Assembly: GCA_026415775.1 (NCBI GenBank)
Contig: JAOAGL010000001.1
Span: forward strand, 111,057-175,056
DNA: 64,000 nt
Direction of reading: 5' to 3'
Source: Patescibacteria group bacterium
GTDB lineage: Bacteria > Patescibacteriota > Minisyncoccia > UBA6257 > JAAZHW01
Part shown: piece after piece, positions 6,756 to 14,656 of the stretch
How positions within the stretch are numbered: the first letter of the stretch is position 1
Layout: the number at the start of each line of letters is the position of its first letter
The notes under the pieces: model-generated
Told to the model about the DNA's origin: nothing
Database searches by the model: none
Seen by the model: only the letters and a program-made list of their open reading frames with translations
Program-made: the position numbers and the translations under genes

Positions 6756-8279
6756 ATGCGATTTACTATTAAAGATAAGCGAATAGTAATCAAGAGATTT
6801 TTTCTCACTAAAACCTCTTCTTCTTTCACCCTCATTGAACTTTTAATTGTTATCGCTATTTTAGCTGTGTTAATGTCTGTGATTGTTGTTAGCTTGAATC
6901 CCGCAGAAATGTTGAAAAGAACCAGAGATGTGAGACGCCAGGCAGATTTAAAAGCTATTAACTCAGCTTTATTAATTTATTCTGTTTCCAATCCTAATGG
7001 TTTTTTTGGTTCTTCCACCATTGTTTATATCTCCATCCCTTCTAACTATTCTAATTGTTCTGATTTGGGCTTACCGCCACTTCCCTCAGGTTGGTCTTAT
7101 CATTGTTCAAACGCTGATAATTACCGAAAAATTGATGGCAGCGGTTGGATTCCAGTTAACTTTAATTCTTTAGATGTTGGCGCTCCTATTTCTGCTTTGC
7201 CCATTGACCCCATTAATTCAACCACTTCAGGCAATTATTATACTTATGTTACCGGTGGTTCTTGGGAATTAACCGCTCTTTTTGAATCACAAAAATATCG
7301 CCAAGAAAGCGCTCCCGCTGATGGCGGAGATGTGGTGAATGGTTTTGAGGTCGGCAATAATTTAACCCTCACTCCCATTATCTTTCCTCACAACTGGATT
7401 AAAGTGCCGGGCAGTTCTCTTTACGGCACCAATGATTTCTGGGTGATGCAATTTGAAGCTAAATACTCTAAAACCGGTTCTGGCGCTGATGATGCTGGAG
7501 CTTGTTATTATACTTCTGGCTACGATACCTGGGATTGGGGCAAAACCGGAACCGACTGTCCGTCTTCTTGGTCAAACACTAATGTCGTTTCCTCTCCTTA
7601 TGGTTCGCCGATTGCCGGTGTTAGTCATAATGAAGCCAAAGCCATTTGTCAATCATTAGGCGGTCATCTGATAACTAATCAAGAATGGATGACCATTGTC
7701 AGAAATGCTGAGCAAGTGGAAGAGAATTGGTCAGGTGGTTCGGTTGGTTCTGGCTGTCTTTTTCGGGGTAATGTCGGTTCTAACGATGCCTGCGGCTATG
7801 ATGGCGCTAACCCGGAAAAGGGAATTAATCGCAATCCCAAAGCCAAATTAATTCTTTCCAATAATGAAGAAATCTGGGATATGGCGGGCAATGTTTGGGA
7901 ACATGTAATGAAAGATTTAAATGATACTCTGGTCAATAACCATCCTACCATTCTTTCCGACAACACCTGGAAGTGGTCAGAACATACAGCCAGCTGGACT
8001 AGTTATGGTGATCTTTCTTACAATGAAATCAGACCTTCCAATTCTTCTTGGAACGTCAATCAAGGAATGGGCAGGATTTATCATTATGATGGTTATTACA
8101 GCGGCCGTGTTCTGCTTCGCGGCGGGTATTGGGATGGTGGTGACAGTGCCGGGGCGTTGACGCTGTACTTGATATTGGGACGCGACGACTCAGAGCAGCC
8201 CTGTGGGGTTTCGCTGCGCCCGCTGATCCCCGTGAGATACCTCCGTATCTCACGGGGTGAAGGGGTTTTGGTAATTTAA
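6756..8279 (+). CDS. DGR target protein: N-terminal type IV pilin-like methylation motif fused to a C-terminal FGE-sulfatase/C-type-lectin-fold domain carrying the VR. The 3' end as annotated is probably frameshifted.
   Basis: SFTLIELLIVIAILAVLMSV is a prepilin-type N-terminal domain. HNEAKAICQSLGGHLITNQEWM...GNVWEHV matches the FGE/sulfatase-modifying-factor fold. The VR occupies the last codons. ATG at 6756 is the first in-frame Met (the tool's 6672 start is TTG). In the frame set by TR the protein would end ...WDATTQSSPVGFRCAR-TGA at 8226. Confidence 0.7.
   Translation: MRFTIKDKRIVIKRFFLTKTSSSFTLIELLIVIAILAVLMSVIVVSLNPAEMLKRTRDVRRQADLKAINSALLIYSVSNPNGFFGSSTIVYISIPSNYSNCSDLGLPPLPSGWSYHCSNADNYRKIDGSGWIPVNFNSLDVGAPISALPIDPINSTTSGNYYTYVTGGSWELTALFESQKYRQESAPADGGDVVNGFEVGNNLTLTPIIFPHNWIKVPGSSLYGTNDFWVMQFEAKYSKTGSGADDAGACYYTSGYDTWDWGKTGTDCPSSWSNTNVVSSPYGSPIAGVSHNEAKAICQSLGGHLITNQEWMTIVRNAEQVEENWSGGSVGSGCLFRGNVGSNDACGYDGANPEKGINRNPKAKLILSNNEEIWDMAGNVWEHVMKDLNDTLVNNHPTILSDNTWKWSEHTASWTSYGDLSYNEIRPSNSSWNVNQGMGRIYHYDGYYSGRVLLRGGYWDGGDSAGALTLYLILGRDDSEQPCGVSLRPLIPVRYLRISRGEGVLVI
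8100..8224 (+). repeat. DGR variable repeat (VR)
   Basis: Aligns to TR 8742-8865. It differs at TR positions a>t, aa>gg, a>g, t>g, a>t, a>ta (1-nt indel), a>g, a>g, a>g, aa>cc. The last 24 nt (gtggggtttcgctgcgcccgct) are identical and GC-rich, like an initiation-of-mutagenic-homing (IMH) element. Confidence 0.85.
8228..8257 (+). promoter_or_regulatory. Perfect 12-bp stem / 6-nt loop hairpin 4 nt downstream of VR (DGR homing-associated hairpin/cruciform)
   Basis: ccccgtgagata-cctccg-tatctcacgggg. The position immediately 3' of the VR/IMH mirrors the hairpin that enhances retrohoming in the Bordetella phage BPP-1 DGR. Confidence 0.6.
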
Positions 8280-8307
8280 TCTAAAATCTAAAATTTAAAA
8301 AACTTTC

Positions 8308-8667
8308 ATGTTAAACGATTTGATTGTTTTTCAAAAGACCTATGATTTTTACGTTTGGCAAAAAACTATTATTCTTCATCTAGCCAAAGTTCATAAATAT
8401 AGTTTGGGTATCCAATTAGAAAACGAAACATTAAATCTTTTAAAACAGATAGTCAAAGCAAATTTAAGCCGAACAGCCAAAAAAGAAGAAATAGAAAATT
8501 GTTTAGTATCTTTGGAAATTATTAAAGTTTTGATAAGGGTCGGCCACGAATTTAACAGAGAAGGCGGGATTAGTTTGAAAAATTATCAACTAGCATCAGA
8601 GAAACTTGCAGAAATCGGAAAATTGTTGGGTGGCTGGTTGAAAAATTTCAGCGGCCGGGCGCTTTAA
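8308..8667 (+). CDS. avd: Avd-like accessory variability determinant (four-helix-bundle protein family)
   Basis: 119 aa. LIVFQKTYDFYVWQK near the N-terminus and ISLKNYQLASEKLAEIGKLLGGWLKN at the C-terminus resemble the four-helix-bundle (23S rRNA intervening-sequence protein) family to which Avd belongs. Sits between the target and TR. Confidence 0.7.
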   Translation: MLNDLIVFQKTYDFYVWQKTIILHLAKVHKYSLGIQLENETLNLLKQIVKANLSRTAKKEEIENCLVSLEIIKVLIRVGHEFNREGGISLKNYQLASEKLAEIGKLLGGWLKNFSGRAL

Positions 8668-8741
8668 TGGCATTATAAGCCGTAGAGAATCCGGCCGCCC
8701 CGTTCTGTTTTTTACAGGACGGGCGGGGGATAAAATCAATA

Positions 8742-8865
8742 AGCGGCCGTGTTCTGCTTCGCGGCGGGAATTGGGATAATGGTGACAATGCCGGGGCGTT
8801 TACGCTGAACTTGAATTGGGACACGACGACTCAGAACAACAATGTGGGGTTTCGCTGCGCCCGCT
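8742..8865 (+). repeat. DGR template repeat (TR)
   Basis: Invariant donor copy of the VR. In the frame matching the VR it carries 8 AAY (Asn) codons (aat, aat, aat, aac, aat, aac, aac, aat) and encodes ...NNNVGFRCAR. Lies in the avd-RT intergenic region. Confidence 0.85.
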
Positions 8866-8989
8866 TCAGTGGTTATAATTTGCCAGAACTTTGCCTTTTC
8901 TTTGGAAAGGCGAAGGTGTGCTTTACAAAACCCCAGATTTTATTCCCTCCCGATATGATTTTATCATAGGGAAAATATTAGGCTTTTAC

Positions 8990-9037
8990 CCCGAGGCAGT
9001 GAAAGTAGTTAAATTATTACGAAATTTCTGCCTCGGG
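8990..9037 (+). other. 10-bp stem hairpin within the structured TR-RT spacer
   Basis: cccgaggcag...ctgcctcggg with a 28-nt loop. Additional small hairpins nearby: atgat-ttt-atcat and acgtc-ttgcgat-gacgt. DGR TR-spacer RNAs are known to be structured and needed for cDNA priming. Confidence 0.4.
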
Positions 9038-9080
9038 CCATTAAGCCCCCTTTTAATATAACGTCTTGCGATGACGTAAA

Positions 9081-9103
9081 TATAGATATAGATATAGATA
9101 TAT
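9081..9103 (+). repeat. hexanucleotide microsatellite (TATAGA/ATAGAT, about 3.5 units) abutting the RT start codon
   Basis: tatagatatagatatagatat directly precedes and overlaps the ATG at 9102. Confidence 0.6.
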
Positions 9104-10142
9104 GTTTGATAAAATCTGCTCTTTTCAAAATTTATACTCAGCTTATTTAAAAGCGCGAAAAGCCAAAAGATATCGGCCTTATATTTTAGAATTCAATTTT
9201 AATTTAGAAGAAAATTTACTGAATCTCCAAAAAGATTTATTAAACTTGACTTATCAGCCAGGACCATATCGTCAATTCACTGTTTGTGATTCTAAAAAGC
9301 GGCTCATTAAGGCGCCGGCGTTTCGTGACCGCATCATCCATCACGCTTTATGCAATGTCATTGAGCCGATTTTTGACCGAGGATTTATTTTCGACAGTTA
9401 TGCTTGCAGGAAAAATAAAGGCACCCATCGGGCAGTTAAAAGATTGGGGAATTTCATTAAATCATTAAAAACGCGTTTGGGGGAAAGTACGACCAGTGTC
9501 GAAACTTATTGCCTTAAATGCGATGTTTCCAAATATTTTGAAAATATAGACCATAATCTTTTGTTAGGTTTTATTGCAAAGAAAATTAAAGATAAGAGAG
9601 TTTTCTGGTTGATTAAACGAATTATTGAAAGCGATTCGCCGGGGATACCCATTGGCAATTTAACCAGCCAGCTTTTCGCCAATATTTATTTGAACGAATT
9701 AGACCAGTTCATAAAACATTATTTAAGAGAAAAGTATTATCTTCGCTATATGGACGATTTTTTAATTTTAGATATCAATAAAAAGCGATTGCATCAAATT
9801 AAGCGCCAAATTCAAAAATTTTTAAGAGATAAATTAAGATTAGAATTACACCCCAAAAAAGCCAATATTTTTCCGATAAATAAAGGAATTGATTTTTTGG
9901 GTTATAAAATATTTTTTAATTATCGTTTGCTGCGCAAAAATACCGTTAAACGTTTTATTAGAAGATTAAAAAAACATCAACAACAATTAAAAAATAATTT
10001 AATAAAAATTAATGATTTTAAAAAAACATTTTACTCTTGGTTGGTTTATGCTCAATTTGGAAAATCTTGGCGATTAATAAAAGATTTAAAGTTTAAAGAA
10101 AGACTTTGTTCAATACATAATGCCAGATATATATTATATTAG
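9102..10142 (+). CDS. DGR reverse transcriptase
   Basis: 346 aa. RT motifs include PGIPIGNLTSQLFANIYL (the DGR-RT-specific motif 4, as in Bordetella Brt IGNLTSQ) and the catalytic YMDD (RYMDDFLIL). Confidence 0.85.
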   Translation: MFDKICSFQNLYSAYLKARKAKRYRPYILEFNFNLEENLLNLQKDLLNLTYQPGPYRQFTVCDSKKRLIKAPAFRDRIIHHALCNVIEPIFDRGFIFDSYACRKNKGTHRAVKRLGNFIKSLKTRLGESTTSVETYCLKCDVSKYFENIDHNLLLGFIAKKIKDKRVFWLIKRIIESDSPGIPIGNLTSQLFANIYLNELDQFIKHYLREKYYLRYMDDFLILDINKKRLHQIKRQIQKFLRDKLRLELHPKKANIFPINKGIDFLGYKIFFNYRLLRKNTVKRFIRRLKKHQQQLKNNLIKINDFKKTFYSWLVYAQFGKSWRLIKDLKFKERLCSIHNARYILY

Positions 10143-10221
10143 ATTTTGTTAAACTTCAATCTCAGGGCATTTTTAATCATCGGCATTGTCAATTTAATGG
10201 ATTTAAGATAAGATAAGAAAG

Positions 10222-11712
10222 ATGAAAATTCCCCAAGAAATTTTAGCCATTATTAAAAAGTTTGAAGAAAGCCCTCAAAAATTTGAGGTTTATTTGGTTG
10301 GTGGCTGTGTGAGGGATTTGTTGCTTTCGCGCGAGCCAAAAGATTGGGATTTAACAACGAATGCCACACCTTCTGAGATCCAAAAATTATTTCCAAAAAG
10401 TTTTTATGAAAATCAATTTGGCACGGTTTCAGTGATTACTGATTCGGAAAAAGAAAGTTTAAAAATTGTTGAGATTACTCCCTTTCGTTTGGAAGGAAAA
10501 TATTCTGATAAACGCCATCCTGATGAAATTAAATTTGCTAAAACTTTGAAGGAGGATTTAGCGCGCCGCGATTTTACAATTAATGCAATGGCGCTTCAGG
10601 TTAATACTTCGACATTAAAAACAAAATTGATTGATTATTTTGGCGGCGAGAAGGATTTAAAAGATAAAATTATTCGAGCCGTAGGCGATCCAGAAAAAAG
10701 ATTTAATGAGGATGCTTTAAGGTTAATGAGGGCAGTGCGTTGCGCTGTTGAGTTAGATTTTGAAATTGAAGAAAAAACTCAAAGAGCGATTGTGGAATTA
10801 GCCAATAATTTAGCTTATATTTCTCGCGAAAGAATTCGTGATGAATTAATAAAGATTTTAATGTGCGAAAATGCAGCCAAAGGGATTCAATTGCTTTATG
10901 AATTAAAATTATTGCCTTATGTAATAAAGGAATTAGAAGAAGGAGTTAATAGTATCGGAGTAACAAAAAAACTAAAAGAGCATATTAAATACGAAAAATT
11001 AACGACCTTTGAACATTTATTAAAGACTTTAGATTATGCCGCAAAAAATAATTTTAATTTAGAGACTCGTTTAGCAGCTTTGCTCCATGATATTGCCAAA
11101 CCTCGGACTAAAGAAGGAGAAGGATTAGAAGCGACTTTTAAAGGACACGAACGATTGGGGGCAAAAATGGTAAAAGAAATTTTAATGCGATTGCATTTTT
11201 CAAATAAAGTTATTGATAAAGTAGTAAAATTAGTACGTTGGCATTTCTTCTTTTATGATGTAGACAAAGTAACGCCAGCTGGTGTAAGGCGATTGATTAG
11301 AAATGTTGGCGCAGAAAATATTGATGATTTATTAAAATTACGCGAAGCTGATCGGAGCGGATCGGGATTGCCAAAAATTTCTTCATATCGGCTCAGGCAT
11401 TTGCGTTATATGATTGAAAAAGTAAAAAAAGACCCGATTGAACCAAAAATGTTAGAAGTAAAAGGTAATGATGTAATGGAAATTTTAAATATTCCGCCAT
11501 CACCCAAAGTTGGTTGGGTTTTAAATATTCTTTTAGAAGAAGTTTTGGAAGATCCTCAAAAAAATAAAAGAGATTATTTATTAAAACGGATAGAAGAATT
11601 AAAAGAAAAAGATGAAGGGGAATTACAAAAAATGGCTGAAGAGGCAAAACGGCGGATTGAAGCAATAGAAGAAGATGTTGACCAGCAAATAAGAAAAAAA
11701 TACAATGTTTAA
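10222..11712 (+). CDS. cca: CCA-adding enzyme (tRNA nucleotidyltransferase) with HD domain
   Basis: Pol-beta head motif GGCVRDLLL...D.D and HD domain LAALLHDIAKP. C-terminal K/E-rich extension. Confidence 0.8.
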   Translation: MKIPQEILAIIKKFEESPQKFEVYLVGGCVRDLLLSREPKDWDLTTNATPSEIQKLFPKSFYENQFGTVSVITDSEKESLKIVEITPFRLEGKYSDKRHPDEIKFAKTLKEDLARRDFTINAMALQVNTSTLKTKLIDYFGGEKDLKDKIIRAVGDPEKRFNEDALRLMRAVRCAVELDFEIEEKTQRAIVELANNLAYISRERIRDELIKILMCENAAKGIQLLYELKLLPYVIKELEEGVNSIGVTKKLKEHIKYEKLTTFEHLLKTLDYAAKNNFNLETRLAALLHDIAKPRTKEGEGLEATFKGHERLGAKMVKEILMRLHFSNKVIDKVVKLVRWHFFFYDVDKVTPAGVRRLIRNVGAENIDDLLKLREADRSGSGLPKISSYRLRHLRYMIEKVKKDPIEPKMLEVKGNDVMEILNIPPSPKVGWVLNILLEEVLEDPQKNKRDYLLKRIEELKEKDEGELQKMAEEAKRRIEAIEEDVDQQIRKKYNV

Positions 11713-11715
11713 AAG

Positions 11716-11786
11716 CGGGGTGTAGTATAACGGTAGTACGCTGGGTTCGGGACTCAGTGGCCCGGGTTCAACTCCCGGCACCCCGA
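11716..11786 (+). tRNA. tRNA-Pro (anticodon CGG)
   Basis: CGGGGTGTAGTATAACGGTAGTACGCTGGGTTCGGGACTCAGTGGCCCGGGTTCAACTCCCGGCACCCCGA. Anticodon loop TTCGGGA. Confidence 0.7.
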
Positions 11787-11796
11787 CACCACAAAT

Positions 11797-12003
11797 ATGA
11801 ATTGTCAAAAAGAGAAAAATTTAAAAGATTGCCCGTGTAGTTATCCTTCTTGTCCGAGAAAGGGGATTTGTTGCGAATGTATCAGGCATCATCGGGAAAA
11901 CAATGAGTTGCCAGCTTGTTATTTTTCAGAAGAAGCAGAGAAGAGTTATGACCGCTCTATTGAAAGGTTTATTGAAGATATTAAAAAACTAGGTCATTAT
12001 TAG
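11797..12003 (+). CDS. small cysteine-rich (zinc-ribbon-like) protein
   Basis: CPCSYPSCPRKGICCECIRHH provides a dense Cys/His cluster. 68 aa. Confidence 0.4.
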   Translation: MNCQKEKNLKDCPCSYPSCPRKGICCECIRHHRENNELPACYFSEEAEKSYDRSIERFIEDIKKLGHY

Positions 12004-12011
12004 ATAATTTT

Positions 12012-12983
12012 ATGGCGGAAATTCTTAATGGTTATTCTTCAAAAAATATCAAAAAAGCTGCTCAATTATTAAAAAAAGGAGAGCCAGTAGTTTTTCCAAC
12101 GGAAACGGTTTATGGTTTGGGAGCGATTGCTTATCATAAAAAATCAGTGGCGAAAATTTTTGAAATAAAAGAAAGACCATTTTTTGACCCAATTATTGTT
12201 CATATTGCTAATTTAAAACAATTGGAAGAGGTGGCTGAGGTAAAAGATGAAAGAGTAAATATTTTAATTCAACATTTTTGGCCAGGTCCTTTAACTTTAA
12301 TTTTGCCTAAAAAGAAAAAAATTCCTTATTTAGTAACAGCAGGTTTAGAAACAGTGGGAGTAAGAATGCCACAGAATATTATGGCTTTGTCTTTGATTGA
12401 AGAAGTGGGAATGCCTATTGCAGCGCCAAGCGCTAACAAATTTTCTCAATTAAGTCCAACGCGCGCGGAACACGTTGAAAAACAAATCGGCGATAGAGTT
12501 AAAATTATTTTAGATGGCGGAAAAACAATTTTTGGCGTTGAGTCAACAATTTTATTAATGGAAGAAACGCCTGTTGTTTTGCGCGCAGGTGGATTAGCGA
12601 TTGAGGAAATTAAAAAAGTTATTGGCCCAGTTTTAATGAAAAAAAAGTTAGACGATAAAGTATTGGCGCCAGGGAATTTAAAAACGCATTACGCTCCGCA
12701 AAAGCCGCTTGTTATTGTTAATAACGAAGAAGAAATTCAGCAATTTAAAGAAAAAAGAAAAATAGGATTTTTGGCTTTTCAAAAAATAAAGAATAAAAAA
12801 TTATTTGTAGATTATAAAATTTTATCGCCAAAAGGAGATTTGAAAGAAGCAGCGAGTAATTTTTTTGATTGTCTTCATCAATTAGACGAAGGGCCGTCTG
12901 AAATAATTTTTGCTGAAAAAGTAGAAGAAGTTGGGTTGGGTAAAGCAATTATGGAAAGATTAATCAAAGCAGCCCACAAGTGA
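12012..12983 (+). CDS. L-threonylcarbamoyladenylate synthase (Sua5/YrdC/TsaC family, with Sua5 C-terminal domain)
   Basis: YrdC signature VVFPTETVYGLGA. 323 aa, consistent with the long Sua5 form. Confidence 0.8.
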   Translation: MAEILNGYSSKNIKKAAQLLKKGEPVVFPTETVYGLGAIAYHKKSVAKIFEIKERPFFDPIIVHIANLKQLEEVAEVKDERVNILIQHFWPGPLTLILPKKKKIPYLVTAGLETVGVRMPQNIMALSLIEEVGMPIAAPSANKFSQLSPTRAEHVEKQIGDRVKIILDGGKTIFGVESTILLMEETPVVLRAGGLAIEEIKKVIGPVLMKKKLDDKVLAPGNLKTHYAPQKPLVIVNNEEEIQQFKEKRKIGFLAFQKIKNKKLFVDYKILSPKGDLKEAASNFFDCLHQLDEGPSEIIFAEKVEEVGLGKAIMERLIKAAHK

Positions 12984-12984
12984 T

Positions 12985-13440
12985 ATGTTTCAATCAAAAA
13001 CAATGATTATTCTTGCTATTGTTTTAATAATTTTATTAATTATTGGCGTTTATTTTGTTTTAAAAAAAGAAGTTGTTGAAATAAATTTTGGAAAGAAAAA
13101 TTTAACAGTGAAAGCGGAGGTGGCGGAAACATTATGGGAACAAACGAGGGGGTTGATGGGAAGAAAACATTTGGGAGAATTTGAAGGAATGCTTTTTGTT
13201 TTTACTGATGAAGCGCCAAGAAGTTTTTGGATGAAAAACACTTATATTCCATTGGATTTAATTTTTATTTCTCAAGAGAAAAAAATAGTAGAAATTAAGC
13301 GGAATTTTGAGCCTTGTCAGGAAAGTAATTGTCCTGTCTATCGCTCGCAAGCTTCAGCAAAATATGTTTTGGAGGTGAATGGTGGTTTTTGTGAAAAGCA
13401 TCAGATTGAGGTTGGCGACGAATTAGATTTTTCATTTTAG
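12985..13440 (+). CDS. DUF192 (COG1430) family protein
   Basis: TRGLMGR...GMLFVF...FWMKNTYIPLDLIF matches the DUF192 consensus. N-terminal TM anchor. Confidence 0.65.
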   Translation: MFQSKTMIILAIVLIILLIIGVYFVLKKEVVEINFGKKNLTVKAEVAETLWEQTRGLMGRKHLGEFEGMLFVFTDEAPRSFWMKNTYIPLDLIFISQEKKIVEIKRNFEPCQESNCPVYRSQASAKYVLEVNGGFCEKHQIEVGDELDFSF

Positions 13441-13491
13441 AGTTTTGAAAAAATTTTTTGGAAAAATTTTTGGTAAAAAGTTATCCACATA

Positions 13492-13519
13492 TTGCATGAG
13501 GTTCAATTTGTGTTAGAAT
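13492..13519 (+). promoter_or_regulatory. sigma70-like promoter upstream of the radical SAM gene
   Basis: TTGCAT (13492-13497), 16-nt spacer, extended -10 tgtTAGAAT (13511-13519). Confidence 0.35.
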
Positions 13520-13572
13520 GAAAGTGGAAAATAAAAACGAGTATAAAAAATTTTCTAAAAAATAAGAAAGAG

Positions 13573-14505
13573 ATGCTCGCAGAAAAAATTTCAGACCACC
13601 TAAAAAAATTAGCGACAACGAGTTCAGCAATCAAGAAACAGTTTTTTATCTCGAAATGGGAACTTCATGCTAAAGAAGATAAATTAAGCTCGTCCGATCC
13701 TTTATTAGAAGATGAATATACAAAAATACGCGGCCTGATTTACAAGTATTCGGGTCGCGTTTTGATTTTATTAACGCTTTCTTGCGCTTCTTATTGCCGT
13801 TTTTGCACGCGGCGACGTTGTGTTTCAGAAATTGAGAAGGGGATTTTAACAAAAGAAGATATAAATCGAATGGCTGATTATATTCAAAAACATCAGGAAA
13901 TTAAAGAAGTTATTTTGTCTGGCGGCGATCCTTTAACAGTCCCCGAGCTTTTAAAATATGCATTAAAAGTTTTTTCGGCTTTGCCGCAAATAAAAATTAT
14001 TCGGATTGGGACGCGGGCACCAGTTTCTAATCCAAAATTAGTTAACGATTCGCTAATAAGAGTTATTAAAAAAATAAAACAACCAGTTTATATTGGAATT
14101 CATTTTGAGCACCCTGATGAATTAACCAAAGAAACAATTGAGGCTTGCGAAAAATTACGCAAAGCGGGCGCGATTTTGTATAGTCAGAGTGTTTTTCTTA
14201 AAGGCGTTAATGATTCTTATAAAGTTTTGTATGAATTGTTTTCGCGTTTGATAGAAATTGGAGTGAAACCTTATTATTTGTATCGCTGCGATCCAGTAAA
14301 AGGCATTGAACATTTTCGGGTGCCGTTTGAAAAAGAAATTAAAATTGCCACGAAGTTGAGAAAAAATTTATCGGGGTTGGCTTGGCCAACTTATGTTATT
14401 GATACGCCGAACGGCAGCGGAAAAATTCCTGTGCCTTTGGAGTTTTGGGAATTTAATAAAAAAGAATTTAGAGATTTTTTGGGGGAAAGGCATAAGGTTA
14501 TTTAA
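13573..14505 (+). CDS. KamA-family radical SAM protein (lysine 2,3-aminomutase / EpmB-like)
   Basis: CASYCRFCTRR (CxxxCxxC radical SAM cluster) and the SGGDPL motif typical of the KamA family. 310 aa. Confidence 0.7.
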   Translation: MLAEKISDHLKKLATTSSAIKKQFFISKWELHAKEDKLSSSDPLLEDEYTKIRGLIYKYSGRVLILLTLSCASYCRFCTRRRCVSEIEKGILTKEDINRMADYIQKHQEIKEVILSGGDPLTVPELLKYALKVFSALPQIKIIRIGTRAPVSNPKLVNDSLIRVIKKIKQPVYIGIHFEHPDELTKETIEACEKLRKAGAILYSQSVFLKGVNDSYKVLYELFSRLIEIGVKPYYLYRCDPVKGIEHFRVPFEKEIKIATKLRKNLSGLAWPTYVIDTPNGSGKIPVPLEFWEFNKKEFRDFLGERHKVI

Positions 14506-14530
14506 TTGCAAAGATTTTTTAGGGTAAAAA

Positions 14531-14555
14531 GCAGGCGAAGCAGAGCTTCGCCTGC
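14531..14555 (+). terminator. Rho-independent terminator
   Basis: gcaggcgaagcagagcttcgcctgc hairpin followed by aattatttt. Confidence 0.5.
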
Positions 14556-14656
14556 AATTATTTTCAAAAACCCCTTTCCTTGACAAAATATAAAAATAAA
14601 GTAGAATTTAGGCAGCTTTTTGAAAAAGAAAATTTTTTTTAAAAGGAGGTTTTACA

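Larger units (their letters stand above)
6756..10142 (+). mobile_element. Diversity-generating retroelement (DGR) cassette: target(VR)-avd-TR-RT
   Basis: 125-nt VR (8100-8224) and 124-nt TR (8742-8865) are near-identical. 10 of 11 substitutions lie at TR adenines. avd-like gene between them and a DGR-type RT (IGNLTSQLFANIYL, YMDD) downstream. Confidence 0.9.

Noticed and set aside
8056-8253. Minus-strand 65-aa ORF across the VR
   Set aside because: Antisense to the DGR target's VR. His/Arg-rich artefact of GC-rich repeat sequence.
9081-9103. CRISPR array
   Set aside because: Only a short hexanucleotide microsatellite. There are no spacer-separated direct repeats anywhere in the window.
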